A stretch of DNA of 64,000 nucleotides, from positions 68,200,001-68,264,000 of the forward strand of contig NC_043000.1 in NCBI RefSeq assembly GCF_006345805.1. The letters are read 5' to 3'. Numbering within the stretch: position 1 is the stretch's first letter; each line of letters starts with the position of its first letter. Source of the DNA: Octopus sinensis (lineage: Eukaryota). A model generated the notes under the pieces. That model did no database searches, was not told the origin of the DNA, and saw only the letters and a program-made list of their open reading frames with translations. The position numbers and the translations under genes are program-made. Shown in pieces: positions 1 to 11,800 of this stretch.

Positions 1-744
1 TTGTTGGTGTGGGTATGTACATGGTTGAGTATCCAAGGTTGTATATTTTTATATCTGCAAAGGGAATGTAATGCAAGTCTTTTTGTGACTATGATAACTT
101 CATAGCCAGAGAAGCTACTATAAAACAAAACTATGTGGTGACCTATTGTAACATGCTCTGTGACACAGGGAGCCTGCAAATTATCAGTTTGTTGTCCATA
201 AATAAGAAAGAAACCCACAATATGAGTTATGGAGTGGTTATTTTTTGTTACATGTCATTGAGAAGTGTATTGCTAGTTATGGCATATAACTAGTCAGAAT
301 GCTACTGTTGGTTGTGGAACATATCTGAATGGAAGTAGATGATGCAGATTCTGTTTGGTGGAGAGTCATTCTTAAAAATTCACATAATCCGGGTACTTTT
401 CTCAAATTTTTAGATGCTGCCCTCATGAGTGAAAATTTGTTTTCAAAATGTTGCCAGGTTCATCCTGGGACAAGGGACATGAATGCATACATACACATAT
501 ACACACAGTTTATGTGCTTCACCCATGGCTTCAACCAACCCATGGGAAATAACTATTCTTTTCCTCAGAAAAATGTAAAATTTTTTACTATACTTCATTC
601 CATTTCTTTTCACCAACACCAAGACACATACATATCTCTAGTATAAAAGAGTCTTTTACCTAAGTGCAGCAGTTAGCATGAAACCAACAATAATACCATT
701 CTGATTACGTACATGCTATAACTAGCAATATACTGCTCAATGAG

Positions 745-870
745 CATCATCATCATTATCATTTAACTCCCACTCTCCATGCTGGCATAGGTTTGATGGT
801 TTGACTAGAGCTGATGAGCCAGAGAGCTGCGTCAAGTTTCCGTTTGATTTGACATGGTTTCTACAAATGG
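745..870 (-). repeat. 3' tail fragment of an RTE-like LINE/SINE repeat ending in (GAT)n
   Basis: (ATC)n followed by 'tttaactcccactctccatgctggcataggtttgatggtttgac'. Family assignment is recalled from similar repeats, not searched. Confidence 0.35.
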
Positions 871-1359
871 AAATATATATATATTCTTTTACATGTTTCA
901 AGCCTAAGGCTGAGGCAATGTTGGAGTACCGCCAGTACATATATACATAAGTGAGTTTAGAGGGATATATTAACTGGGTGGATACTGTGGTAGCTCTCAG
1001 TTATGCTCCAGGTTAAGGCTAACTGCATCAATTAATCTTTAACATCAATGACTACTAGGACTTATCATTCATGCTGTAAATTCCTCTGACAGACAATTCT
1101 GTTTGCTTCACTAGATGGTTGTATTATAATGATAGAGAATATAGAGACTGGTACCTCCTCAAAATTTATTTCATTTTATTTTACAATGCTATACAGCATA
1201 TTTTTATGGTCACCAAATCCTTCTAAGTCTGGATATGGTAGACAGAAATGGAAAGAAGCCTGTCATTCATATACATATTATACATATGCATATATACACT
1301 CCATGACATTCACTTGGAGTGTTGGGGGGAAATATTTCTTGGGTGTTTGATCTATTTAC

Positions 1360-1560
1360 GGGGAGACATGGGGTGACCGGCAAGGTCACTGGATTTAAGT
1401 CCTTGTGACTTTTTCCTTTGGGGATACTTAAATGGAAAGGTTTTCTGACGTTGTCCTTGAACTCTTGAGGATTTGAAGGAAAGGATCAGAGAGGAAATTG
1501 ACACAATTCCACCTGAGATGACAAGGAGAGTCATGTAAAGTGGTTGGCATTTGGAAGGGT
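1360..1560 (+). pseudogene. Tc1/mariner (DD41D-like) transposase C-terminal fragment
   Basis: The + frame reads *PARSLDLSPCDFFLWGYLNGKVF*..TLEDLKERIREEIDTIPPEMTRRVM (WPxRSPDLxPxDFFLWGYLK motif), with stops. Confidence 0.65.
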
Positions 1561-1699
1561 ATCTAGCTGTAAAAATCATGCCAAAACTGACCTTGCCTTT
1601 GCTGGTGCTATGTAAAAAGCACAACCTAGCATGTAAAAAACACAACCTAGCATTAACTCTCCATGTTCCATTCTGTGGTCACAGTCTTCACGTTTTAGC

Positions 1700-2000
1700 T
1701 CCTGCATCTAATGGGGTTTCCATGGATAGAAATTCAATTCTCTATGCAACACCGTACATATTGTGTGTCTTGTTAGTCCACTTTTACAAACTGCTTGATG
1801 TGTTGATTTTTGAGGGCTGCAATTAAACATCTGTACTGCTGCCACATTCTCCGCTGATTGGGATGTGTTTGGATGGCCACTTCTTGCATCGTTCACAGAA
1901 CTTGTAGTCATCAGCTTTGCTTGACAACTTTTTATAATCTCTGGACATAGTGTTGCATGCTTACTTTTCCATGCATGCTACCATCTCTGAAACAAAACAA
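1700..2000 (-). pseudogene. Tc1/mariner transposase N-terminal (HTH) fragment
   Basis: ORF 1708-1911: SVNDARSGHPNTSQSAENVAAV...SPQKSTHQ...LHRELNFYPWK, a typical SGRP..SP.KS.R..L..YPYK region. Confidence 0.6.
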
Positions 2001-2288
2001 CAGAATTCCACACTTCATAGTATGCTGGAACAGTCAAGCGACTGGTCATCTGGAAAATAAGAAATAAGACAATAAGGAAATAAATCCCCATTAGTGTTGC
2101 CTATTTAAAATATATTCTCGTCATGACTTCAGTGATGCTAAACATTCTATAAGTAATTTCTGCTGCCTAGTTACTTTCCACCCAGTCTGTATATAAAATT
2201 TTGCTTAGGCACAGTGATATTGATAACCTAGTATAGAACTCAATATAATATAATGATTACTTAATTCTTGTTCCCTTGTCATTTAGTA

Positions 2289-2343
<55 letters not shown>

Positions 2344-2407
2344 ATATGTATATTTATAATATGTGTGTGTGTATACATATATATATATATATATGTATGT
2401 ATATATA

Positions 2408-2620
2408 CAGGGTGGGGTATATAGATCTCTCACATTTTGAATGTATATAAAAAAAGAACACAACTATTTAGGTAAAAACTGATTATATTTCTAAAAATCA
2501 TGTAAAAAATCAGACAAATGGCAGCCATTGTTGGCAATACATTGATGGAGTCATTCCCAGAAGTTCTCCATGACCTCCCATATCAGCTCAGGTGGAATTG
2601 CATTGATTTCCTCTCTGCGA
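2408..2620 (-). mobile_element. Tc1/mariner 3' terminal fragment with TIR
   Basis: TA|CAGGGTGG terminus at 2406-2415. The minus frame reads REEINAIPPELIWEVMENFWE*LHQCIANNGCHL. Confidence 0.55.
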
Positions 2621-3296
2621 GATGAGACAGCCATAAAAAATGTGAAAATATCTGCTCTCGGTAATTCAGATATGTACTTTTTATAAAGGTACTTTCAACA
2701 GTATTTCCTCAGTGCAGATTCCAAGTTAGGTGAACAGAATATAGCTAAGCAACAAAGGTGTACAGATGTCAATTCATCTGTACAGCTTTGTTACTTATAT
2801 ATATATTACAGTCTATCAGTATATTGATTCTGTGAGTAGACAATGTAAATCAGAAGTGCATAATGAAGGAGGGGCTGAAATTCGGATTAGGACACCCACT
2901 TTAGTTGGATTTTCTGTTTCAATGGGGATTTTTCCAATTTTTGTTCTCACAATGGCTTTCGAAATGATGTGGGGGGCATCTCCATATGAAAAAAAATTTT
3001 GATATTTATGATTTTTTTTTCACTCCCTCTGTTCATGGAAAAACACCAATACATGTGAAAGTAAGAAAGAAGCAGGGAAGGTGGTCGTGGGATGTGCTAG
3101 AAACAATAGCCAAAGCTCCCTTAAATCACACACCTTTCCGTCTGAAAATATTTACAATTTTTTTTTTTCTCTTTTAAATGACAAGGCTAATCCTATGGTT
3201 TTTTTTAGTGCGTAATGCTAAAAAATTGGCCAAAATCGGCCCGGAGTGAGGAGGTTTCTTTTTCTATTAACATTTTCTATAACATTATATCTATGT

Positions 3297-3460
3297 CCAG
3301 CCCGCAGCTGTGTGGTAAGAAGATTTCTTCCCAACCACATGCTTCCGGGTACAGTCCCACTTCGTGGAACCTTGGGAAAGTGTCTTCTACTACCTCGGGC
3401 CGACCAAAGCCTTGTGAGTAGATTTGATAGACAAAAACTGAAAGACGCCCCGTCGTATAT
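3297..3460 (+). repeat. SINE family B (tRNA head, CORE-like CCTTGGGCAAGT segment), truncated
   Basis: Matches the full copy at 35063-35484 (gctgtgtggtaag...ccttggg(a/c)aagtgtcttctac...gggccgaccaaagccttgtgagt). Confidence 0.75.
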
Positions 3461-3467
3461 ATATATA

Positions 3468-3511
<44 letters not shown>

Positions 3512-3765
3512 GTTTTTCATAAAAAGATGTCCCCCATCATTTCGAAAATCGTGGCGCAAAAAAAAAAAAAAAGAAGAATTGGAGAAGTGCCCCCTCGAAA
3601 CGGAGAAAATCCAACTTATTTTGGCGTCATGAACCGAAACTCCGCCGAGTGGGGTATGTCTTTCATGATACTATTAATAATAATAGCACAAACAAAAAAT
3701 TTAAACAGTTACTTATTTACACGATTTCACACAGTTTTGAGTTCTGCGTTTTACTGATAGCAAAG

Positions 3766-3783
3766 ATGGCTGAGGAGGAGGAG
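3766..3783 (+). CDS. Candidate first coding exon (MAEEEE) of an unidentified gene
   Basis: AAAG-ATG-GCT-GAG-GAG-GAG-GAG followed by a perfect GTAAGT donor (3784), phase 0, good start context (AAGATGG). Confidence 0.4.
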
Positions 3784-5192
3784 GTAAGTACCACGGGCAA
3801 AGCCTTTCGGGAAAACGACTGAAAAATAATTTATAATCGTGTTAATAGTTCAAGGGTAGTAACTCAACTTTGAGGATTAAAGAGTTATGTCCCTGAACCA
3901 AAAGAAAAATATATGCAGTATATAGAGGCGTAGAGAGGCAGAAGTGTGACAGAAACTGAAAAAATAGAGACGAAAGGAAAAAATTTTAAGCGTGAAACAT
4001 GACGAGCGAAAGAGAGGAAAAAGAAAAGGAAAATTTTTCTTACGACCCTTATTAAATTATACATCCTAAATATTTTGTAGAGGTGAGTTTTTATTCCCGT
4101 AATGAACTACATACATACATACATACATACATACACACCTACCTACCTACATACATACATACATACATACATACATACATACATACATACATACATACGT
4201 GCATACATACATACATACAGGGTGGGGCAGAGAGGACATGTGTCCGACAGGTACCATTCGGTCCGTGGTGTCTTAACAATTTTTTTCCTTTCAGGTGAAG
4301 CCATGGACGAAAGAACATCGCGTGCTTGCCTACGACAGTTACGTGAAGAATAACGCGTCTGTCACAGCAGTTCAGCATGAGTTTCAGCGCCACTTCAACA
4401 TTCACCGAAATCAGGCTGTTCCTACCCGTAACACAATCTTACGTTTGGTGAATGCACTTCGTACACGGGGTACATTAATGGATAGGAGACTGGTGGAGGA
4501 GCCACGAACGGTACGGACCCCATAAAAATATGGAACGCGTCAGACAAGCTTTGATACAGAGTCCGAATCGCTCCGCTTAGAGGCATTGCACTGAATTTGG
4601 TATCGGTAATCGATCGGTAAGGCATAATATGCATGAAGACCTTCATTTCTACCCGTACAAATTGGTCATTGGGCAACAGTTGAATCAACTGCATAGAGGC
4701 TTAACTTCGCACTTCAGCAATCTTTGAGACAAATGACAACCTCATTTTGTTAATGAGTGATGAAGCTCATTTTCATCTCAGTGGCATGGTGAATCAACAG
4801 AACTGTCGTTATTGGGCACTTGAAAATCCGAGAGAACTGCACGTAAGACCACTGCACAGTCCAAAACTGACGGTGGTCTGGCGTGCTGTTGGGAAAGCTG
4901 CCGTCATTAGTCATTACTTGTTTGAAGGCTATAATGGAAATGCTGTTACTGTAAACTCCGAGCGTTACATCGAGATGATAAACAACTTCTTTGTGCCTGA
5001 ATTACGACGAAAATGTATGTTAATTCGACGTGTGTGGTTTCAGCAGGAATGGGCGACGGCCCACACAGTCAGAGCATCAATGGATGCTCTTTGCCCTGTC
5101 TTCGGTGACCGCCTCATTTCCAGGTTTGCTGACATTCCTTGGCTCTCTCGATCCCCTGATTTGTCCATGTGTGATTATTTCTTGTGAAGAAA

Positions 5193-6283
5193 TAATGCAG
5201 TTCTAGGACTGCATTCTACACCATATGAGATGTCATCGGGTGTACCACAGGGATCTGTTCTTGGTCCCCTCTTGTTTGTGGCATACATTAATGACATAGA
5301 TGCCAATTTAAAGAATGCCACAGTATTGAAATATGCAGACGACATCAAGCTGTACCTTGAAATCAAGAGGACAGATCCTGATGTCTACAACTCTTTCCTG
5401 CAATCAGACCTGGACACAATGCAGCAATGGATCACAGACTGGCAACTGAAACTGGTTGTGGACAAGTGTACCACCATGCATTTTGGGAGAAAAAACCCTG
5501 CGTCCACATACTCCCTCCACAACACTGATATCAAGAAATCCTCTTGCGAGCGTGACCTAGGCATCACTGTCAGCAGTGATTTGCGTTGGACAAAGCATAT
5601 CTCTAAAATTGTCAAGAAGGCCGAGGGTGTCTTGGCGTCACTCAGCAAGACTTTTGTTAGCCGCTCTCCAGCCATCTATTTAAAGCTGTATACAACTATG
5701 GTACGACCACACTTGGAATTCGCATCATCAGTTTGGAACCCCTATCTTGCTCAGAACATTGACCTCCTGGAATCTGTTCAGAGACGTGCAACCAAACGCA
5801 TACCCTCCATCAGACACCTACCATACTCTGAGCGCCTTGTTTCCCTGGGCATGGATTCACTGAAGCTCCGGCGTCTGGCGATGGACTTGGTAAACACCCA
5901 CAAAGTTATCAACCACCTCACCAACAACAACACTGAACACCTTTTTGATCTCCATGTGTCCAACACACGTGGACATGCCTACAAAGTCAGAAAGCAGCAC
6001 AGCTCCCATGACTTTCGGAAACATTTTTTCACGCTCAGAGTTGCTGAAGCATGGAACAAACTGCCTGCGTCAGTTGTTGACTGCCATGATACTGCATCCT
6101 TTAAGGCCCTCATGCTTTCCGAAATCCGCCGAAACTACACCTGATTGTCCCCCTTCCATACTCATACACATATGTGTATGTCATGACTCATGCACTGTTC
6201 TTTTCCTGACGCTTGTACATTACCCTATGTACTATACATACACTTTAGATGAGTTGTAGTGCACCTGAGCACTGTACACAATG

Positions 6284-6336
<53 letters not shown>

Positions 6337-6344
6337 TATTATTA

Positions 6345-6389
<45 letters not shown>

Positions 6390-6404
6390 TATTATTATTA
6401 TTAT
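5193..6404 (+). mobile_element. 5'-truncated CR1/L2-group LINE with (TTA)n tail and 6-bp TSD
   Basis: AAGAAA TSD at 5187-5192 and 6405-6410. The transposase reading resumes exactly after the second copy. (TTA)n tail at about 6288-6404. Confidence 0.9.
5230..6144 (+). CDS. Reverse transcriptase C-terminal half (LINE ORF2 fragment, uninterrupted)
   Basis: GVPQGSVLGPLLF, YADD, RDLGI, LESVQRRATK, TRGH..K, RKHFFTLRV..WNKLP motifs. No stop in 304 codons. Confidence 0.9.
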   Translation: MSSGVPQGSVLGPLLFVAYINDIDANLKNATVLKYADDIKLYLEIKRTDPDVYNSFLQSDLDTMQQWITDWQLKLVVDKCTTMHFGRKNPASTYSLHNTDIKKSSCERDLGITVSSDLRWTKHISKIVKKAEGVLASLSKTFVSRSPAIYLKLYTTMVRPHLEFASSVWNPYLAQNIDLLESVQRRATKRIPSIRHLPYSERLVSLGMDSLKLRRLAMDLVNTHKVINHLTNNNTEHLFDLHVSNTRGHAYKVRKQHSSHDFRKHFFTLRVAEAWNKLPASVVDCHDTASFKALMLSEIRRNYT

Positions 6405-6925
6405 AAGAAACTTCATAGCAAGTGTGTTTGCGCGTAAACCCCGTATATTGGACGATTTGAAGAAAGCTATTCGCATGGAAGTCGCCCAAATCGTCAGAGC
6501 AATCCTGGAGAGAGTGGAGACCAACTTCCGAGAACACCTTCAGATATGCATCAATGAAAACGGACACCAAATGATGGACGTTGTTTGCCACACTTGATTT
6601 TGACAAATGCTAATTCAATACGAACACATTGATGTCAATAGAATTTGTTTGCAGCTAAAATTAATGATTTTGTGAATGTTTCAAAAACGTCCGTTCTCTC
6701 TGCCCGACCTTATACGTACGTGCAGTGCATGCATACATACATGCATGTATGAAAGCACACATTCATGCATACATACGTACGAACGAACGTACATGCATAC
6801 ATACATGGATATATACATACATTCATTCCTCCATAAACGCGCGCGCACACACACAAACAAACACACAGACAGACAGACTGACAGACAGACACACAGACAG
6901 GCAAACACAGACACACACACACAGA

Positions 6926-8163
6926 CGAGGGTCGGCTTACCAAAATACTCTTATGGAATGTGACCAAATAAGGTTTATTTTTCAATATAGACACCCTTGC
7001 GGTCCACACACTTCTTCCATTGGTGTTGTAGTGCTTGGATTCCATTGGTCAAGAAACTTTCATAAAAATGTCATCAACAACAGATATGACGTTATCATCA
7101 CTGTGATACTGGTTCCTAGCCAAATATATTTTCAATGTGGGGAACAGATGATAGATGGGGCCAAATCAAGAGAACGGGGAGGCTGATCAACTAGTTCAAA
7201 GCCACAGTCACGCACAGCAGCCGCTGAAACCAAGGACATATGTACTGGAGCATTGTCCTGAGAATGTTTCGTCAGTTTTCCTGGCCGTTTGGTCTTGATA
7301 GCTTTTCATTGGCATAGTATTCTCGGCAAGTTGGCGTTGTATTCTACATTGAAGGTGTGGCCCATTTGAAGATAGTCAATAAACACAATGCTCTTTGCAT
7401 CCTCAAAAAACTGAGGCCACCACCTTCCTTGCAGATGAAACGACCTCGATCTTCTTTGCAGCAGTTGAGAATGGGGTGTTTCCGTTCTCTTTGTCTCTGG
7501 CTCAAAGTGATGAAGCCAACACTTATTCTGGGTTAGGAAACCCAGCTGGATCTGCCCCCAAAATGTTAGGTCTTCCTCTTAATCAGGTATCAGAAGACAC
7601 TCTTGATCGGGTGTCAGAAGACGCAGCACCCACAGAGCAGATACTTTCATCATGCTAAATTCATTGTACAAAATATTCTCACCTCACTCACAGGATATGC
7701 TAATAGCATTGGCGATTTGATTTATAGTCAACCACCTGTTATCCATGTGGTGAAGGCAAGTAATGTTTTCCTTGGTGGTGGCAACTGCAAGACGTCCAAA
7801 CCTTGGGTCATCTTCAAAACTCTCCCTCCCCCTCCTAAATCCAGCTGCCCTCTTATGCACTGTTGATAATGCTGTACTGTCATCCCCTAATGTAGCAACA
7901 ATGTCAGCATGAATGTGCTTAGGGGCTAAATCCTTTTTCTGCAAGTACTTGATGTACACGATACCAAGTACACGATGCCAAGTTTTGTCGATTTTCAAGA
8001 GAAGTCGCAACTAGCCCCTTTTGAAGTCTTCTTTGAACAGTCATTTGTCAGTTTACCTGGAAAGAAACAATGCAGTTATTAATAAGAAGAGTCGAAATTA
8101 ACGCATGCTATATTTCATAGGTCTAGCATTATTCCTTCATAGTCAGCCTATGAACTTTTCAGC
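6926..8163 (-). mobile_element. Decayed mariner (DD34D), same family as 61884-63148
   Basis: Ends CGAGGGTCGGCT (6926) and TCAGCCTATGAACTTTTCAGC (8143-8163). ORF 7684-8010 (EDDPRFGR), plus KKxxVVSSAxKVxASVF and YSPDLAPS-like remnants. Confidence 0.8.
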
Positions 8164-8395
8164 ACTTAGATTGGCATTTATCAAACTAGTTTGTTAAGAA
8201 CCAACGCACGAAACTCTTGGCACTTGACTCACTCTGTTACTTCTTGTAAATATTAATTAATATATTACACATACTCATATTTTGAATCCTATTTTTACCT
8301 GTTTGCATCCCCCCCCCATCACACACACATACACACAAACATGCACCCCATCTCTCTCTCTCTCTACACACACACATACATCACACACACATATA

Positions 8396-9576
8396 TAGGG
8401 TGGGTGCATCAGCTTTTTGATCTCTTTCAAGGATCGTAACTTTCTACTAACTTATTTATTTTACCTTACTTTTCATATAAATAATGTCTGACAACAGGTT
8501 GACTCAGTAAATGAAAAGGCACACCATAATCTTAGAAGTGCATACAGACACAGCTCGCCTCCTGAAAGTTGTCCGTTACTTCGTTGTCAAAGCTCGGAAG
8601 GAGTTGGAAGCTGCTGACAGGGGTCCAACATCAGCAATTAAATGCAAAACGCAAAACGCATGCACAGGGTCCTAATGCCATCAGAACATATAACTTTGAC
8701 AAAAATCAAAGAAATAATCGACAAAAACCCCGGAAAGTCAATCAGAGCCATTGCAAATGGTTTCAGAATGCACCATCAGAAAAGTTGTGCATGAAGACAT
8801 CGTATGTGATGCGGAAGGGTCAGTTTATGTTGGATGTGATCAGAGAGAATCATTCGTTCCATGCAAAGCACTTGCTAATCAAGTTGAAATAGAGAGAGGC
8901 TGGAATGCTTTGTTTTTGTTTTCTCTGATGAGAAAAAACTTCAATCAGGACCAAAACATAAACCGAAGGAACGATAGATGGTTATGCAGAAGCCTTAATA
9001 AGATTCAAACGGTCTTGCATACTAAGTTCCCAGCTATCGTGATAGTTCCGGGAGCTGTCATCAACAAGGGAAATGCTATGCCTCCGCACTTTCTTTATTA
9101 CAAGGCTTAAGAGTCAATACCACTGTCTACACAGAGGTGTTGGAGAAAGTTGTGAAGCCCTAGATAGACAGAGTACGCAATGAAAGACTGTACGTCTTCA
9201 ACATGACATGCACCATCCTGTAAGGCTAGGGTAAACCAAGTGTGGATGTGTGCCACTCTCCATGATCATGTTCTTGCAGTCACATGGCCTCCTAGTTCTA
9301 GGTCAATCAACATTCCCATAGCACCATGCAATCACTCAAGTCCGTCACAACCAGCACTATGCCAAAAATTGATAAAGATCTGATTCGGGTATTTCAAGGC
9401 TTCCGACCCCGTATCGAAGCAGCTGTTGATGCTAGCAGTGGATTTATTGAATAGGCGTGACAAAAGGATTCTCATGATTATTTGTAGCAATTTCTTTTCA
9501 ATTATAGCTTTTCGTTGATGAGTTATGCGTCTTTTTCTGAATTCCTGCAAATGACCTCAAAACCTGACTCACCCTA
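8396..9576 (+). mobile_element. Decayed maT/DD37D-like Tc1/mariner
   Basis: TA-flanked TAGGGTG(G/A)GT termini. EKNFNQDQNINRRNDRWLC and HTKFPAIVIVPGAV..KGNAMPPHF motifs (ORF 8751-9110). The catalytic spacing cannot be counted because of a deletion. Confidence 0.75.
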
Positions 9577-9646
9577 TATATATGTACTTATACATACAGA
9601 TGCAAGCACATGCAGTCACTCAAACACACACACACACACACACACA

Positions 9647-9683
<37 letters not shown>

Positions 9684-10043
9684 GTGGTTCACACTGTTGT
9701 GATTTGCAATGAAGCGAAAATAATATTTACTCAAAATTTTATATAAGGTTGGTAAGTGGGGTTGTAAAAACATTCATCCATTCAACTATAGCAATTAAAT
9801 ATCTTATCTTAAAGTTGTTCCTTCACCTTTATTATTTATATTTTTACAGACCGCTTTACTTGACGGTTGCTACTGATTTTCGTTCCTGTCATGTTCTGAT
9901 GTAGTTAAAAAGTTATGTAGTAAGCTATAATTAATTGACCCGTATAACTACTCACTCTATCTAGTTTTCTTCTCGTTCATTAGTCAGATTTTGGGGCTAT
10001 GACAAACACAAACACGCACGCTCAAGTATATAAATATTCTTTT

Positions 10044-10255
10044 CTACTCTAGGCACAAGGCACGAAATTTTTTGTGGGAGGGGGGGGGGCAATCGATTAG
10101 ATCGACCCAGTACGCACCTGGTACTTAATTTATCGACCCCGTAAGGATGAAAGACAAAATCGACCCTGACGGAATTTGAACTCAGAACGTAATGTAAGAC
10201 GAAATACCGCTAAGCATTTCGCCCGGCGTGTTAACGTTTCTACCAGCCCGCCGCA
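10044..10255 (-). repeat. SINE family A (tRNA-derived)
   Basis: Reverse complement of GGCG(A/G)GCTGG(C/T)AGAAACGTTA..GAGTTCAAATTCC..GTCGATAAATTAAGTACCAG, with A- and B-box-like motifs. Confidence 0.8.
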
Positions 10256-10409
10256 TTTCAAGTATATACATATTAAATAGATCTTTTTATTTTAAAGCAA
10301 ACAGTGAAATATCTACTGATGGGAGTACTCAATAATGAGAGTAGAGTAAAATTCACAGGGATTTTACAATACATACATACATGCATGCATGCATACATAC
10401 ATACATACA

Positions 10410-10440
<31 letters not shown>

Positions 10441-10789
10441 CATTTAAGTATATATGAGCATGTCTAGACATGTAACTATATACATGAGGATTCAAACATA
10501 AGACAAAACATATAAATCTGCACATATACATACATACAAGCAAAAATACCCTGTTAATGTTAAGATTCCAATGAAGGAGACTTGGATCTTAGAAACTGCC
10601 TCGTTCTCTATTGGCAAGAAATCTTAAAATAAAACTAAATAATGGTATACATAAATGTGAGATTCTTATGTGAATTGATGCACACACTTAGGTGTATGCA
10701 TTGACAGTTCAACCAACGCACCAACTCAATCACATATTTACGAACACCGAGAACTCTCTTAACTCAAAAAGTCTTGTCGTTTAGTTAGC

Positions 10790-10932
10790 GACCAACTTGA
10801 ACTCTTGTTTCAGTCATTGGACTGCGGCCATGTTTGGGAAGCACCTTGAAGAATAAATCAACCACAGGACTTTTTTTTTATTTATAAAAGCCTCCTACTT
10901 ATTCTATCGGTTTCTTTTACCAAACCGCTAAT
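10790..10932 (-). repeat. SINE family B 3' tail fragment
   Basis: cttgtttcagtcatt.gactgcggccatg...ttattctatcggt...ccgctaa matches the tail of 35063-35484. Confidence 0.7.
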
Positions 10933-11339
<407 letters not shown>

Positions 11340-11456
11340 ATCACCCCACGGATTTTTATGGATAACACCATACAAAATTCTGGTGCATCTAAATTAAGTA
11401 CCATATTCATTTTGAATCTAAATTTTTGCTGAACTTATATATATATATATATATAT

Positions 11457-11574
11457 ATCACCGTGATCACCGTGACCGACCAGGCTATCAGATGTTGCTA
11501 CGCATCGCTGGTCACAATGCGCTTCGCATTGTTTTAGCCTTCAAATGACGTCACCCCGCTGACTAAGCGAACAG

Positions 11575-11578
<4 letters not shown>
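11457..11578 (-). repeat. SINE-associated 3' tail repeat (second copy at 14003-14121)
   Basis: atcaccgtg..ccgtgaccga.caggctatcagatgttgctac.catcgctgg is shared with 14003-14121, where it is joined to a SINE A body. Confidence 0.65.
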
Positions 11579-11615
<37 letters not shown>

Positions 11616-11722
11616 TCGGGGTGAGTACTTGATAATTATAAGCACCTGTGTATACCGTTTGGTGGTGTAGGTGGTGGAGTAAATTGATCAAAATAAAATA
11701 AAAACATGATGCGAAGGATTCA

Positions 11723-11800
11723 GCGGTACATATGTTTCGGGCCTTTATTAGACAGATTTATAACAATGCATAATGTATGTCTGTGGCCTTCTTCAGCCGC
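11723..11800 (-). ncRNA. Minimal type-I hammerhead ribozyme (HHR2)
   Basis: Minus strand: GCGG-CUGAAGA-A-GGCC..GGCC-C-GAAA-C-AUAU-G-UA-CCGC. Stem I GCGG/CCGC, palindromic AUAU loop, A.C opposition at the base of stem II. Confidence 0.7.

Larger units (their letters stand above)
4218..6712 (+). mobile_element. Full-length decayed Tc1/mariner, DD41D (rosa/Visitor-like), interrupted by a LINE
   Basis: TA-flanked degenerate TIRs (CAGGGTGGGGCAGAGAGGAC / GTTCTCTCTGCCCGACCTTA). Transposase pieces at 4295-4525, 4747-5187 (SDEAHF; QQEWA..41 aa..SPDLSMCD) and 6405-6597. Confidence 0.85.

Noticed and set aside
329-646. 105-aa ORF
   Set aside because: No recognisable motif or splice context, and it ends in low-complexity sequence.
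9850-9919. AG...GTAAGC-bounded 70-nt segment
   Set aside because: It has stops in all three frames. It could only be a UTR exon and there is no supporting evidence.
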